64,000 nucleotides of DNA, from contig CABMCB010000092.1 of NCBI GenBank assembly GCA_902384455.1, forward strand, positions 21,106 to 85,105, read 5' to 3'. Positions 48,264-56,544 of the stretch are shown in pieces (position 1 is the first letter of the stretch; each line of letters starts with the position of its first letter). This DNA comes from an uncultured archaeon. Its GTDB lineage: Archaea > Altiarchaeota > Altiarchaeia > IMC4 > SCGC-AAA252-I15. The position numbers and the translations under genes are program-made. Below the pieces are notes generated by a model. It worked only from the letters and a program-made list of their open reading frames with translations. It was not told the origin of the DNA and did not search any database.

Positions 48264-49277
48264 TTAATAGACAGTGAAATCCACGCAGAAGCGCGACAAA
48301 GAAGGATTGAAACTGCCGCACTCAACAGACGCCAATATGCCGACTTTACGGCCGAACCCTGCCGTCAAATCATGCACCTTTTTTGCCGCCTCAGATGCGC
48401 TACCTGCGAACATGTAAAAATGCACTACGCCGCCTTTTTTCACGGCTGGAAACACCACGTCAAGGAAGTCGCCTGCAGTCTTGGGAAGCGGCATCACAAC
48501 GCGGTCAAACAAACCCAACGCCGGAGTAACGGCACGCGCATCCCCCTCAACCACATTCACGTCCACCTTATTCAAAACAACGTTCTCCCGCATCAAAGAA
48601 ACCGCCTTAGGATTCAACTCAACCGCAACAACCTCGCATGGCCGCCTCTTTTTAGCGATTATTACGGGGTAAGGCCCTACGCCAGCAAACAAGACCAAAA
48701 CCCTTTCGCCGTCCTTAACAAGGTTTGCCACCCGCAGGCGTTCCGTGCCTAATCGGGGCGTAAAATAAGCTTCTGCGACGTCCACGTTAAACCTGCAGCC
48801 GTGCTCGACGTGGACGGTGCGTGTGCGATTCTGCCCCGCCACAACCTCAAATGAAGGCACCCTATATTCAGTATCCACCGCGCCCACCTTCATAGCAACA
48901 ACGTTGATGTGGGGGAAAACCGAAAGCACCGCCTCTCCGATGGCGCTTCGCTTAGGCCTAAGCTCTTCTGGCAGCTCTAAAAGAGCTATGTCGCCCACGA
49001 CGCTGTAAGACGAAGGTATGAGCGAAATCTCATTTTCAGTCAATACACCGGAAAGAGCCGCCTTAAGGGATGACGGCTTCCGTCTGACAGGCACAGAATC
49101 CCTAAGCACCACCTCACCACCTTCCACATCCGCCTTTCCGCTCAAAGGAAGAAGAACAAAAGACCCCTCCTTAAGCACCTCCCGCCCGTAATCAAACAAA
49201 CCAAGAGAAAGAAGCCGCCTGCGCGCAGACTCAGCGCCCGACGACTCCACCTTAAGGTAAGGTAATCTGCCCATCAA
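48264..49277 (-). CDS. trm5: Trm5/Met-10+ family tRNA methyltransferase
   Basis: VGDIALLE, YRV, HVEHGCRF.VD....YF.PRL.TER, FAGVGP, ELNP, DRVVMPLP. Confidence 0.85.
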   Translation of the reverse strand: MMGRLPYLKVESSGAESARRRLLSLGLFDYGREVLKEGSFVLLPLSGKADVEGGEVVLRDSVPVRRKPSSLKAALSGVLTENEISLIPSSYSVVGDIALLELPEELRPKRSAIGEAVLSVFPHINVVAMKVGAVDTEYRVPSFEVVAGQNRTRTVHVEHGCRFNVDVAEAYFTPRLGTERLRVANLVKDGERVLVLFAGVGPYPVIIAKKRRPCEVVAVELNPKAVSLMRENVVLNKVDVNVVEGDARAVTPALGLFDRVVMPLPKTAGDFLDVVFPAVKKGGVVHFYMFAGSASEAAKKVHDLTAGFGRKVGILASVECGSFNPSLSRFCVDFTVY

Positions 49278-49699
49278 GGACCGGAAGACCTGACGGCCTC
49301 CAAAATCTTGCGCGTCTTCGAGAGCGAGCCGTTATGGAACAGCTTGACGCGCACAACACTGCAGTTTAACCCCCGCCGCTTAAGCTCCGCCTGAAGCTCC
49401 TTCTCATCGAACTTCTGGTCCGGCCCCAACGCGATTATGTCCGGACGGATTTTGACTACCGGAGCAAACATGTCTTGCGCGTCCCCCAACACTGCGTCAT
49501 CCACCGGCTTCAACGCCAAAACCATCCTAAGCCGCTGGTCTTGGGGCACAACTGGCTTGCGCCCCTTAAGCTTCCTGGCAGTAGTGTCCCGCGCCAGAAT
49601 AACAACAAGCCGGTCACCCAACGCCTTAGCCTCCTCAAGGTAAGCCACATGCCCCGGATGAAGTATGTCGAAAACGCCGGTGGCGACAACCGTAACCAT
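49274..49699 (-). CDS. ribL: Archaeal FAD synthase
   Basis: ATGVFDILHPGH, VILARD, LKPVDDA, PDIIALGPDQ. Confidence 0.85.
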   Translation of the reverse strand: MVTVVATGVFDILHPGHVAYLEEAKALGDRLVVILARDTTARKLKGRKPVVPQDQRLRMVLALKPVDDAVLGDAQDMFAPVVKIRPDIIALGPDQKFDEKELQAELKRRGLNCSVVRVKLFHNGSLSKTRKILEAVRSSGP

Positions 49700-49772
49700 A
49701 ACACCGAAACATTACTCAAAAGGCCCTAAATAACTTTTTTAACGCAAATACCCTAAAAGCAGTGGATTTCAA

Positions 49773-50231
49773 ATGGCAGAGAAGACCGAGAAACCGGAAA
49801 CAAAGAAAAAGACGCCTAAAACAGCTGAGGAAGCAGCCGAACCAAAGCACGCTCACACTGAACAATCCTCCAAACCCAAGAAGGAGGAGACCGACTCTTT
49901 AGCTGAAAAAGAGGAGAAGGAAGAAAAACCTGAGAAGAAAGAAAAACCCGCAAAAAAGGCCAAACAAAAGGAAGAAAAGAAGAAGGAAGTCAAAGAGCGC
50001 ATAATCACGATAAAATTCAGGGCAACCAAAGGCTCAAGCATAGGCAGAAGAAAAAACAAGGTCATAAGCACAGTAAGAGCCGGAGTCCAAAGAGGCCACA
50101 AAGACAAGAGGGTAGTCATCACTATGGAACTCAACCACAAACTCTGGTCTATGGGAAGAAACAAGCTTCCCAACAGCATAAAAGTGCGCGTTGAAGACGA
50201 CGGCGAAACCCTAAAGACAAGCCCCGCCTAA
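49773..50231 (+). CDS. rpl31e: 50S ribosomal protein L31e (divergent, long Lys/Glu-rich N-terminal extension)
   Basis: ERIITI..R, LNHKLWSMG...P..IKVRV; directly upstream of aIF6 as in the conserved archaeal order. Confidence 0.75.
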   Translation: MAEKTEKPETKKKTPKTAEEAAEPKHAHTEQSSKPKKEETDSLAEKEEKEEKPEKKEKPAKKAKQKEEKKKEVKERIITIKFRATKGSSIGRRKNKVISTVRAGVQRGHKDKRVVITMELNHKLWSMGRNKLPNSIKVRVEDDGETLKTSPA

Positions 50232-50233
50232 AC

Positions 50234-50881
50234 ATGTATTTCTACCAGACGAGAGTCGACGGAGAAGACTTCGTAGGACTCTTGGCAGTAGCCACAGACG
50301 CCTACGCCGTAATATCCCCGGGTTTCAAAGGCTCAGAAGTCTTCGGCGTGCCCACAGTGCAAACCAAGATATACGGCACCAAACTCATAGGCCTATTCGC
50401 GGTAGGCAACAGCAACGGCCTGCTTCTTCCGTCTTTCACCTCCGACGGCGAACTTGCCGACTTGAGGAAGAAGCTTGGGGACGGCGTGCAGGTGGAGCGT
50501 ATTGAAGAGGAGTACAACACTCTTTGCAACTTCATAGCCGCAAACGACAAAGGATGCTTAGCAAGCCGCGAATTCGCCAAGAACCCGATAGTAAAAGACG
50601 TCTTAGACGTCGAAATAGTGGAGGGGAAAATACGCGGCCACCCGGAAGTCGGAAGTTACTTGGCCGTGACAAACAAGGGTTTTCTGGCTCATCCTCACGC
50701 TGACGACCAGCTTAAGGATTTGGAAAGCATACTTAAGGTTCCGGGCAAAACCGGCTCGGTAAATCAAGGCCTTCCTTTTATCCGCGCGGGACTTGCCGCC
50801 AACAGCAACGGTTACGTCACTGGTTTGATGACTACGGGGATTGAGTTGAACCGCATTGAAGAGGCGCTTGGGTTCCTCTAG
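50234..50881 (+). CDS. eif6: Translation initiation factor 6 (aIF6)
   Basis: VGNSNGLLLP, ANDKG, VGS...VTNKG...HP, GSVN.G, TTGIEL. Confidence 0.9.
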   Translation: MYFYQTRVDGEDFVGLLAVATDAYAVISPGFKGSEVFGVPTVQTKIYGTKLIGLFAVGNSNGLLLPSFTSDGELADLRKKLGDGVQVERIEEEYNTLCNFIAANDKGCLASREFAKNPIVKDVLDVEIVEGKIRGHPEVGSYLAVTNKGFLAHPHADDQLKDLESILKVPGKTGSVNQGLPFIRAGLAANSNGYVTGLMTTGIELNRIEEALGFL

Positions 50882-51384
50882 CTGCGTTGCTGCTTTATTG
50901 CCTTCAGCCGTTCTGGCGCGCCTATTTCCTTAAGCACTTTTTTTGTGCCGTCCGGAACGAGTTCCTGCCAGCTTCCTCCTTCGCGCATTAATTTTTTTAT
51001 GTGGGTGCCGCTGTACAGGTTGCGGGCGAAAAAAGGCGGCTCCTCAACAATCAAACCCATGTTGCGGAAGATTCCTCCAACCCAATTGTCGTTGGAGAAT
51101 ACTACGTCTACGCGGCCCACCTTAGACAACACGAGCTTGCCCCATTTGACGTCGTCGTGAACGTCATCTATGCAGATTGTTCGTATGCGGTCCATCTGAT
51201 TAGGCATGCTTTCCGCAATCATCCGCGCGCGCTCTTCGACTGAAAAGGGGTTCTCAAACGTGTTGCTGCTGTCGCCGCTGCCGATTACAACTATAAGTTC
51301 GTCTGCCTTATTCAGCATCCACTCTATCGACGCTTGATGCCCCTTATGGAAGGGTTGAAAGCGCCCTACAGTCAGCCCCTTCAC
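50878..51384 (-). CDS. nadM: Nicotinamide-nucleotide adenylyltransferase
   Basis: GRFQPFHKGH, IGSG....NPF..ER, YSGT.I, WQELVP. Confidence 0.9.
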   Translation of the reverse strand: MKGLTVGRFQPFHKGHQASIEWMLNKADELIVVIGSGDSSNTFENPFSVEERARMIAESMPNQMDRIRTICIDDVHDDVKWGKLVLSKVGRVDVVFSNDNWVGGIFRNMGLIVEEPPFFARNLYSGTHIKKLMREGGSWQELVPDGTKKVLKEIGAPERLKAIKQQRS

Positions 51385-51582
51385 CTAAATCCCCGCAAGC
51401 GACGCTAGTATTACGACAACCCAGAAACCCAACCCAATTAGTACTCCGTTCACCATAGGGTGGATTGTCCACTGGAGGTTATGGGGTAGATGGTGGTTTT
51501 TCCCCAAAATCCGTTTCTCCAACTTGCGGGAGAGGCAGACTTCGTTGTCGATGAAATCCTTCATCTTCTTGAAGTAGACCAT
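51385..51582 (-). CDS. Small protein with C-terminal TM helix
   Basis: MVYFKKMKDF...GLGFWVVVILASLAGI, abuts nadM; start shortened to avoid overlap with herA. Confidence 0.5.
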   Translation of the reverse strand: MVYFKKMKDFIDNEVCLSRKLEKRILGKNHHLPHNLQWTIHPMVNGVLIGLGFWVVVILASLAGI

Positions 51583-51625
51583 TGTTCTCATTAACTTTAA
51601 CGACATCCCACCATATATTAGCTTT

Positions 51626-53146
51626 ATGACTGTGGGCCAAGTCATCGGTTCCACCACGCTCAATTCATACCGGTTCGTAATCAGGTCCGGCGCAGAAAAG
51701 CACGTGAAACGGGAAGAGTTCGTGTCAGTTCCGGAGTCGGTTACCGGACGGCCCGTCATAGGGATAATAAAGGACATTGTGACTGCAAACGAGCTTCTGC
51801 CCGATGAATTCTGCAGAGACCTCAAGGCCGCCGAAATCGTCCTTTCCGAAGGCGAATATCCTGTGCCATTGGTTAAGGTATTGGGTATTGAGGAGGACGG
51901 CAGCCTGGTTATGCCTCGTTACGGTATTGCGCCGGGTTCGCCGGTGTCTTTGGTTGAGGACGAAACTCTCAGGCGGCTTTTGCATCAGGACGAGGGGAAA
52001 AGCGCTTCGTTGGGGCAGCTTGCTAGCAGGGATAGTATCCCGGTCTGCTTGGACATCAACGAGCTTGTGGGTAAGCACTGCGCTGTTCTGGCCATGACTG
52101 GGGCGGGGAAAAGTTATACCGTCGGCGTCATTATCGAGGAGCTTTTGGCTAAGAAGGCGTCAATAGTCGTTTTTGATTTGCACGGGGAGTACAAGAACAT
52201 TGAGTATCCTCCGGCGGCGACAAAGGTTTATGGGATGGACGGGAAAAACAAGCTGAGCATTCCCGCAGGCGACCTTTCCCTAAGCGACTTCATCAACCTC
52301 ATCCCCGATATGACAAGCACCCAGAAAGACCTGCTTGACGAAGCGCTCAACATAGCCTACAGGTTCTACGACAACTACGACCTCGCGGTTCTCCTTGAGA
52401 TACTGGGGACGCTCTACGACTACAAGAAAGGCGACAACAAAAAAAGCGTCAACGAAAGCGTCCTTCCGCCGGGACTGCTCAAGGAAGTCACCAAGAAGAT
52501 GGGGCTCTCAACCATAGGCGCCTTAACCAGACGGATAAGACGCTTAGACAACATGGGCATATTCAATATGGAAGGCGCCCCCATACGGGAAATAGCCGCA
52601 AAAAACCAACTCACAGTAATAGACCTCTCTGAAGCCGACGAGCGCGTAAGCGAAACAGTAGTTGCCGCACTATGCCGCCGCATATTCAACGCCCGCCGGA
52701 AAAACGTAAAGGAAGAAAAAATCACCGAAGGCCTCCCTCACCCCGTCTTTATCGTTCTTGAGGAGGCGCACAATTTCGCCCCCAGGATGGCTGAGGAGAA
52801 TACTCCGTCCAGAAGCATATTGCGGCGGATAGCCCGCGAAGGCCGAAAGTTCGGCGTAGGATTGTGCATAGTAAGCCAGAGGAGCAACAAGCTTGATTCG
52901 GATATTTTAAGCCAGTGTAACACACAAATCATCATGAAGGTGGTCAACCCATCCGACCAGGAATACATTAGGCAGAGCGTTGAAAGCGTCACCGAAGACG
53001 TCGTCAACGACCTGCCGGGACTCGCCCGCGGGGAAGCCATCGTCGTCGGAAGCGCCGTGAAGCTGCCGGTACCAGTCCGAATCAGACGCAGAAAAACGAG
53101 GGTCGGCGGGCAGGACATAGACGTTGTGGAGGCGTGGAGCAAATGA
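51626..53146 (+). CDS. herA: HerA-family ATPase/helicase
   Basis: N-terminal HAS barrel (VGQVIG..T....F), HCAVLAMTGAGKS, LEEAHNF, IAREGRKFGVG, SQCNT. Confidence 0.88.
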   Translation: MTVGQVIGSTTLNSYRFVIRSGAEKHVKREEFVSVPESVTGRPVIGIIKDIVTANELLPDEFCRDLKAAEIVLSEGEYPVPLVKVLGIEEDGSLVMPRYGIAPGSPVSLVEDETLRRLLHQDEGKSASLGQLASRDSIPVCLDINELVGKHCAVLAMTGAGKSYTVGVIIEELLAKKASIVVFDLHGEYKNIEYPPAATKVYGMDGKNKLSIPAGDLSLSDFINLIPDMTSTQKDLLDEALNIAYRFYDNYDLAVLLEILGTLYDYKKGDNKKSVNESVLPPGLLKEVTKKMGLSTIGALTRRIRRLDNMGIFNMEGAPIREIAAKNQLTVIDLSEADERVSETVVAALCRRIFNARRKNVKEEKITEGLPHPVFIVLEEAHNFAPRMAEENTPSRSILRRIAREGRKFGVGLCIVSQRSNKLDSDILSQCNTQIIMKVVNPSDQEYIRQSVESVTEDVVNDLPGLARGEAIVVGSAVKLPVPVRIRRRKTRVGGQDIDVVEAWSK

Positions 53147-54231
53147 AAGACGAACTGAAGGAACTGCGCAATAAGATAGATGCCGTCGACGAGGGCATAC
53201 TAGGCCTTCTTGAAGAAAGGGGGCAACTCACAAGGAAGGTCGGCGAAGTCAAATCAAAAAAAGGATTGAACGTCTACGACCCAGTCAGGGAACAGGAGAT
53301 ACTGAACCGGCTAACAGCTAAAACAAATCTGCCGGCGGAATTCGTCCGAAACCTGTTTAAGGAGATAATCGAATTCTGCAGACTGGACGAAAAAAATAAG
53401 ACCGCACATGCATCTTCAACGCCTAAAACAGCCAGCCAGACGAAGGCGGCCAGACGCGTCGCAGTGCTCGGACCGCAAGGGACGTTCTCAGAATCAGCCG
53501 CCAAACTGCTTTACCCAAAAAGCAACCTGGAATTCCAAAAAGACATCTCAGAAGTATTCTCTTTCGCAGAAGACGGAAAAGGCGCCGGAGTCGTAGCGCT
53601 AGAAAACAGCCTGGAAGGCAGCGTCCCAAAAAACATGGACGCACTCCTAACCCACAAAGTATACATAACAGGCGAACTAACGCTCGACATACGCATGTGC
53701 CTAATGGCGCGCAAAGACGCCAAAAAAATCGAGGCAATACTATCCCACCCGCACGCCCTTGCCCAATGCGGCGACTACCTAAAGAAGCACTACCCAAACG
53801 CAAAAATACAACCCACAGACAGCACAACCGCCGCCGCAAAAGAAGCAGGCAAACACAACAACTGGGCCGCAATAGCCCCAATGGTTGCCGCAAAAACATA
53901 CGGCCTCAAAATCCTTGACGAAAACATCCAAGACGACGTAAGCCAAACAAGATTCATAACCATAGACAACAAACCAACCATAGGAAACAAAACAAGCATA
54001 CTCTTCACACTCAAAGACAAAGCAGGCGCACTACACCACGTACTCGGCCTCTTCTCAGACAAAAACATAAACCTCACAAAAATAGAAAGCAGACCAAGCC
54101 GCAGACGCCTAGGCGAATACCTATTCTTCCTCGACTTCGAAAAAGGCCCGCTCACCACAAAAGAAGTAGAAGCGCTGCTTGAGGCCGTAAAATCCGAAAC
54201 GACTTTCTTCAAGAAGCTTGGAAGCTACTGA
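53134..54231 (+). CDS. pheA: Bifunctional chorismate mutase/prephenate dehydratase
   Basis: LRNKIDAVD, DPVRE, LGPQGTFS, ENSLEGSV, SHPHALAQC, TRF, IESRPS. Confidence 0.93.
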   Translation: MEQMKDELKELRNKIDAVDEGILGLLEERGQLTRKVGEVKSKKGLNVYDPVREQEILNRLTAKTNLPAEFVRNLFKEIIEFCRLDEKNKTAHASSTPKTASQTKAARRVAVLGPQGTFSESAAKLLYPKSNLEFQKDISEVFSFAEDGKGAGVVALENSLEGSVPKNMDALLTHKVYITGELTLDIRMCLMARKDAKKIEAILSHPHALAQCGDYLKKHYPNAKIQPTDSTTAAAKEAGKHNNWAAIAPMVAAKTYGLKILDENIQDDVSQTRFITIDNKPTIGNKTSILFTLKDKAGALHHVLGLFSDKNINLTKIESRPSRRRLGEYLFFLDFEKGPLTTKEVEALLEAVKSETTFFKKLGSY

Positions 54232-54235
54232 AGCC

Positions 54236-56500
54236 ATGGACGAAACCCCCAAGACACTCCAGCACCCGCTAATACGAAATGCCGCACCCCAAATGCGCCG
54301 CTACCAGGAGGCGGCTGTAGTCAAAGCGCTCGACGAAGACACCCTCGTCGTACTGCCCACAGGCCTCGGGAAAACTTTGATTGCCGCCATGGTTGCGGCA
54401 GACCGCCTATACAAGTATCCTGACGGAAAAATACTCGTTCTTGCGCCAACACGCCCCCTTGTAGTCCAACATGAAAAAGCCCTCTCCGAAATACTGACCG
54501 AAACAAACTCGGCGGTGCTGACCGGAAAAATCCCGCCAAAGCAAAGACACGAAATCTACGAAAAAGCCAGACTAATCTACGCAACACCCCAGACGATAGA
54601 AAAAGACATCGCCAGAGGCCTCAACCTATCTGACGTCGTGCTGCTTGTCTTCGACGAAGTGCATCGCGCCTCAGGAGACTACCCTTACGAGGCAATAGCC
54701 GAACACTACAGGAAACACGCCAAGAACCCGCGGATACTTGGACTGACAGCATCTCCCGGCGGAAACGCCGAAAAAGTCAAAGAACTTGTTTCAGCCATAG
54801 GATTCAAAGTGATAGAGGCCAGAGACGAACAGGACAGAGACGTCCAACCTTACGTCCAGGACGTGAACATAGAGTGGATACAAGTCCGACTGCCGCCCCA
54901 GATGCTAGAGATTAAAGCGCTACTTGAAGAAACCCTGCGCACCCCAGTCAGACGACTCAAAGAACTAGGATACCTGCAGACAGCAGACCTAACACGGCTC
55001 ACAAAAAAAGACCTGCTAACAACCCAAATAAAAGCCGTAACCACAAAAGACGCCACAGGAATAAACTACGAAGCAGCGTCACTTGCGGCCGAAGCCATAA
55101 AAGTCAACCACGCCATAGAACTGCTTGAAACCCAGGGAATATCCTCGTTGGACAAATACATAAGCCGCCTAACGGCCAAACCAAGCAAGGCGGTAAAACG
55201 CCTCCTTTCTTCGCCCACAATGGCGAAAGCCACCCACCTCACAAGCCAACTTAGGCAACAAGGCATCGACCACCCTAAGCTGGAAAAACTGGCGGAAATC
55301 ACGGCGCAATACGCAGGCAGGAAAGTCCTCATATTCACCCAATACCGCGACTCAATACCCGCAATAATAGACCGCCTAAACGAGAAAGACATACTCGCTC
55401 ACGAATTCATAGGCCAACAAGCCAAAGGCGACCGCGCAGGAATGACCCAGAAAAAACAGCTCGAAACACTGGAAAAATTCCGAAACGGCGCATTCACCGC
55501 ACTTGTAGCCACAAGCGTCGCAGAAGAAGGACTAGACATACCCCGCGTAGACGCAGTAATATTCTACGAACCAGTTCCAAGCGAAATAAGAAGCATACAA
55601 CGCCGCGGACGCACAGGAAGAACTACCGCAGGCAACGTCGTAATACTAATGACCAAAGGCACAAGAGACGAAGCCTACTTCTGGTCAGCAAGAAACAAGG
55701 AGAAAAAAATGAAAGAAGTCATCTCCACAATGAACGAAGAAACAACACAGGAAGAATCACCCCAAAAAACACTCACCGAATTCGACGATAAAAAAACAGA
55801 ACCAACAGAAAACACCCCGACATTCAACACACTACCACAAGGAGAAACAGTACACATATACGTAGACGGCCGAGAAAGAGGCAGCAAACTTATTTCTCTT
55901 CTGAGGGAAAACGCCGCAATCGACGTATGCAACCTGCCGGTAGGCGACTTCCTCCTTTCAGACCGCGTCGCAGTGGAAAGAAAAACCGTCGCAGACTTCC
56001 TCCAAAGCATCATAGACCAACGGCTTCTTGCCCAAGCAAGCGAACTAACCCGCAACTTCCAAGCACCCATACTAATACTTGAAGGAACAGACGACCTTTA
56101 CGCCCAGCGGGCAATACACCCAAACGCAATACGCGGAGCCCTCGCAGCCCTCGCAATAGACCTGAAAATCTCAGTGATACCAAGCCAAAACGAAGAAGAC
56201 ACCGCAGCCCTGCTTCTGGCCATAGCCCGGCGGGAACAATGGGAAAGCAACCGCGAAACGCCTCTGCGCGGCGAAAGAAAACCCATGCTGCTTTCAGAAC
56301 GGCAGCGTTTCATGGTGGAATCCCTCCCAAACGTCTCCTCAGTACTAGCACGCCGCCTACTATCGCAATACAAAAGCGTAAGAAACCTCGCCGCAGCAGA
56401 CACCAAATCTCTCATGAAAATCGAAGGCATAGGCGCCAAAAAAGCCGACGACATACACCGCGTCCTAACCAGCGAATACGACGAAGAAACCGCTATATAA
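54236..56500 (+). CDS. hef: Hef (FANCM-like) helicase / ERCC4 nuclease
   Basis: LPTGLGKT, DEVHRA, GLTASPG, ATSVAEEGLD, QRRGRTGR, GDF....AVERKT, C-terminal HhH2. Confidence 0.93.
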   Translation: MDETPKTLQHPLIRNAAPQMRRYQEAAVVKALDEDTLVVLPTGLGKTLIAAMVAADRLYKYPDGKILVLAPTRPLVVQHEKALSEILTETNSAVLTGKIPPKQRHEIYEKARLIYATPQTIEKDIARGLNLSDVVLLVFDEVHRASGDYPYEAIAEHYRKHAKNPRILGLTASPGGNAEKVKELVSAIGFKVIEARDEQDRDVQPYVQDVNIEWIQVRLPPQMLEIKALLEETLRTPVRRLKELGYLQTADLTRLTKKDLLTTQIKAVTTKDATGINYEAASLAAEAIKVNHAIELLETQGISSLDKYISRLTAKPSKAVKRLLSSPTMAKATHLTSQLRQQGIDHPKLEKLAEITAQYAGRKVLIFTQYRDSIPAIIDRLNEKDILAHEFIGQQAKGDRAGMTQKKQLETLEKFRNGAFTALVATSVAEEGLDIPRVDAVIFYEPVPSEIRSIQRRGRTGRTTAGNVVILMTKGTRDEAYFWSARNKEKKMKEVISTMNEETTQEESPQKTLTEFDDKKTEPTENTPTFNTLPQGETVHIYVDGRERGSKLISLLRENAAIDVCNLPVGDFLLSDRVAVERKTVADFLQSIIDQRLLAQASELTRNFQAPILILEGTDDLYAQRAIHPNAIRGALAALAIDLKISVIPSQNEEDTAALLLAIARREQWESNRETPLRGERKPMLLSERQRFMVESLPNVSSVLARRLLSQYKSVRNLAAADTKSLMKIEGIGAKKADDIHRVLTSEYDEETAI

Positions 56501-56544
56501 GGCCCTGCGATTAATAAACCACTTATAGCGAGGCGCTAAAGGTC

